Virus record (IMG/VR): IMGVR_UViG_3300046517_001303
Direction: 5' to 3' (one strand)
DNA: 64,000 nucleotides
From: a virus
Positions 62,861-64,000 of this stretch are shown here, in pieces. Within the stretch, counting starts at the first letter, position 1. Every line of letters begins with the position of its first letter. Position numbers and translations under genes: made by a program. The notes under the pieces were generated by a model. It did not search any database and was not told the origin of the DNA. It saw only the letters and a program-made list of their open reading frames with translations.

Positions 62861-63190
62861 TTACTCCAGTGTGATACCATCGCGCTCCAGCTGTTCCACG
62901 ACATCTCCCCAACAACCGGTCGAAAACCGCCCCGTCCTACTGTCGAATAAGACGGTGTACTCGTAAGTATCACCCATATTCAGATAGGTAATACCGTCTT
63001 CGCCGTTGTTCCAACAAAAACCCTCCACGCCGTAGCCGATCTTAAAGCGCTCACCAGCGCGCCTTATCGCCTCACTGGCCGCGTGGGACGGGTGACCTGC
63101 GAACCGATACCATTGCGGGTCCGACTCGTCGCGTAGCTTGCGGTACTGGTCACTCGCGAACCGACGCGCTTTTACGATTAACTCCGCCAT
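62861..63190 (-). CDS. hypothetical protein (109 aa)
   Basis: RBS AGAGGAtacgtcATG. Confidence 0.45.
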   Translation of the reverse strand: MAELIVKARRFASDQYRKLRDESDPQWYRFAGHPSHAASEAIRRAGERFKIGYGVEGFCWNNGEDGITYLNMGDTYEYTVLFDSRTGRFSTGCWGDVVEQLERDGITLE

Positions 63191-63202
63191 GACGTATCCT
63201 CT

Positions 63203-63400
63203 CTAGGCCAGCTGGAAATAGAAGCGCCGCTCACCCTTCACCCGGAACGCGCTCACCTTGCACCCGTCAATCTTCGCCACGCCCACATAGCGTGCGTCCC
63301 TCACCTCTTTATCGCCCAAGACTATCGTCTCAGGGTCGCGCGGATATCGGCGCGAGCTGGTGTAAGCGTACCCATTGCGCAGACGTTTTCCGTTTTCCAC
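63203..63400 (-). CDS. hypothetical protein (65 aa)
   Basis: ORF starting just 3' of a palindrome copy. Confidence 0.4.
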   Translation of the reverse strand: MENGKRLRNGYAYTSSRRYPRDPETIVLGDKEVRDARYVGVAKIDGCKVSAFRVKGERRFYFQLA

Positions 63401-63408
63401 GGTTCACC

Positions 63409-63423
63409 CCTTGAGCGGTCAAG
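63409..63423. repeat. junction palindrome CTTGAGCGGTCAAGC (copy 17)
   Basis: directly 5' of start of 63203-63400. Confidence 0.6.
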
Positions 63424-63425
63424 CG

Positions 63426-63677
63426 CTACGAAACAATGATTTTCCGGCCCTTCGCCACGAACCAGACGGTGCCGTTGTTACTGTAGATAGTCACATACAA
63501 ACGGTACAAACGGCCGTTGTAGTGAATCTTCAACCCGGAATTGAGCCGCGCGCCGTATCCTGTCGCTGTCTGTTGCAAGCCGCGTTGCATCCACGCGGGC
63601 CGGTCTTCGACCAGCTCCGCGCGGTCCGCATAGATATACTGCTCGCGAACCACGTCGGCCGTTGTAAACTGTTTCAT
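63426..63677 (-). CDS. hypothetical protein (about 83 aa)
   Basis: internal start MKQFTTADVV with strong RBS AGAGGTGAtgagATG. Confidence 0.4.
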   Translation of the reverse strand: MKQFTTADVVREQYIYADRAELVEDRPAWMQRGLQQTATGYGARLNSGLKIHYNGRLYRLYVTIYSNNGTVWFVAKGRKIIVS

Positions 63678-63731
63678 CTCATCACCTCTTGAATTGTTCT
63701 TCCCTATCATCCTATTGATTTATCGGCCGTT

Positions 63732-63766
63732 GACAAGGGGGAATGCAAGAATTTTTCCCCCTTGTC
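63732..63766. repeat. 12-bp perfect-stem hairpin GACAAGGGGGAA-(11 nt)-TTCCCCCTTGTC, then palindrome-like CTTGTCAACG
   Basis: one of three CAAGGGGG...CCCCCTTG hairpins (also ~52248-52283, ~58388-58420). Confidence 0.5.
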
Positions 63767-63776
63767 TTGTCAACGT

Positions 63777-64000
63777 TCACTGTTTATATTCGTGGCGCTC
63801 GTCGCGCAGGGCCTCTTGCATCTTGTTCCATTCATCCTTTAATAGAAGATTTTCTAAGTGTTTACCGGCTCGCATCCCCAGCTCGTTTGTCAGGATGCGC
63901 AGCGCGGCCCAGATGTTATCGCAGCTCGTTATCTGGTCGCCGATCTCAGTGAGCTTTTCCAGCGTATCGGAAGTCATTGCGCGTCGCATTGCGTACACTC
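63777..64000 (-). CDS. hypothetical protein (5' end may lie beyond window edge)
   Basis: ORF 63777-63998 begins 2 nt from the window end. Confidence 0.3.
   Translation of the reverse strand, partial: VYAMRRAMTSDTLEKLTEIGDQITSCDNIWAALRILTNELGMRAGKHLENLLLKDEWNKMQEALRDERHEYKQ

Noticed and set aside
48906-63423. Interpreting the CTTGANCGGTCAAGC elements as rho-independent terminators or as a CRISPR array
   Set aside because: Perfect palindrome with no loop and no U-tract; spacers between copies are whole genes of irregular length, not 30-40-bp spacers; no cas genes.

Overview
This is high-GC bacterial DNA. Several proteins carry the TIGR02996-type 'LVFADWLEEQGD' domain, which as far as I recall is restricted to Gemmata-like Planctomycetes. 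The whole 64-kb window reads as the interior of a phage or prophage. It contains a tail module (1-10 kb, including a tape-measure gene, a candidate -1 frameshift in the chaperone and a Cys-rich fiber with GS-linkers), a switch region with an XRE repressor, and a lysis block of secreted proteins (10-18 kb). Next come a minus-strand cargo island of TIGR02996 genes (18.4-20.4 kb) and a recombination/replication module (20.5-47.5 kb) holding CsrA-like, ERF SSAP, SPFH, ERCC4 nuclease, J-domain, RecD2-like helicase and primase genes. A Ro60/Rsr gene sits at 31.9-33.5 kb behind a 0.9-kb non-coding cluster of tRNA-like (Y-RNA-like) elements, and a phage sigma factor lies at 47.8 kb. The last 15 kb is a block of about 40 small minus-strand early genes in which a 15-bp palindrome, CTTGANCGGTCAAGC, sits at nearly every gene junction. 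No integrase, rRNA or CRISPR array is present. Most genes are joined by ATGA/GTGA stop-start overlaps. Many ORF-track entries are GC-skew artefacts on the antisense strand or in alternate frames. Coordinates I refined by hand-counting may be off by 1-3 nt; ORF-track coordinates were used where possible.
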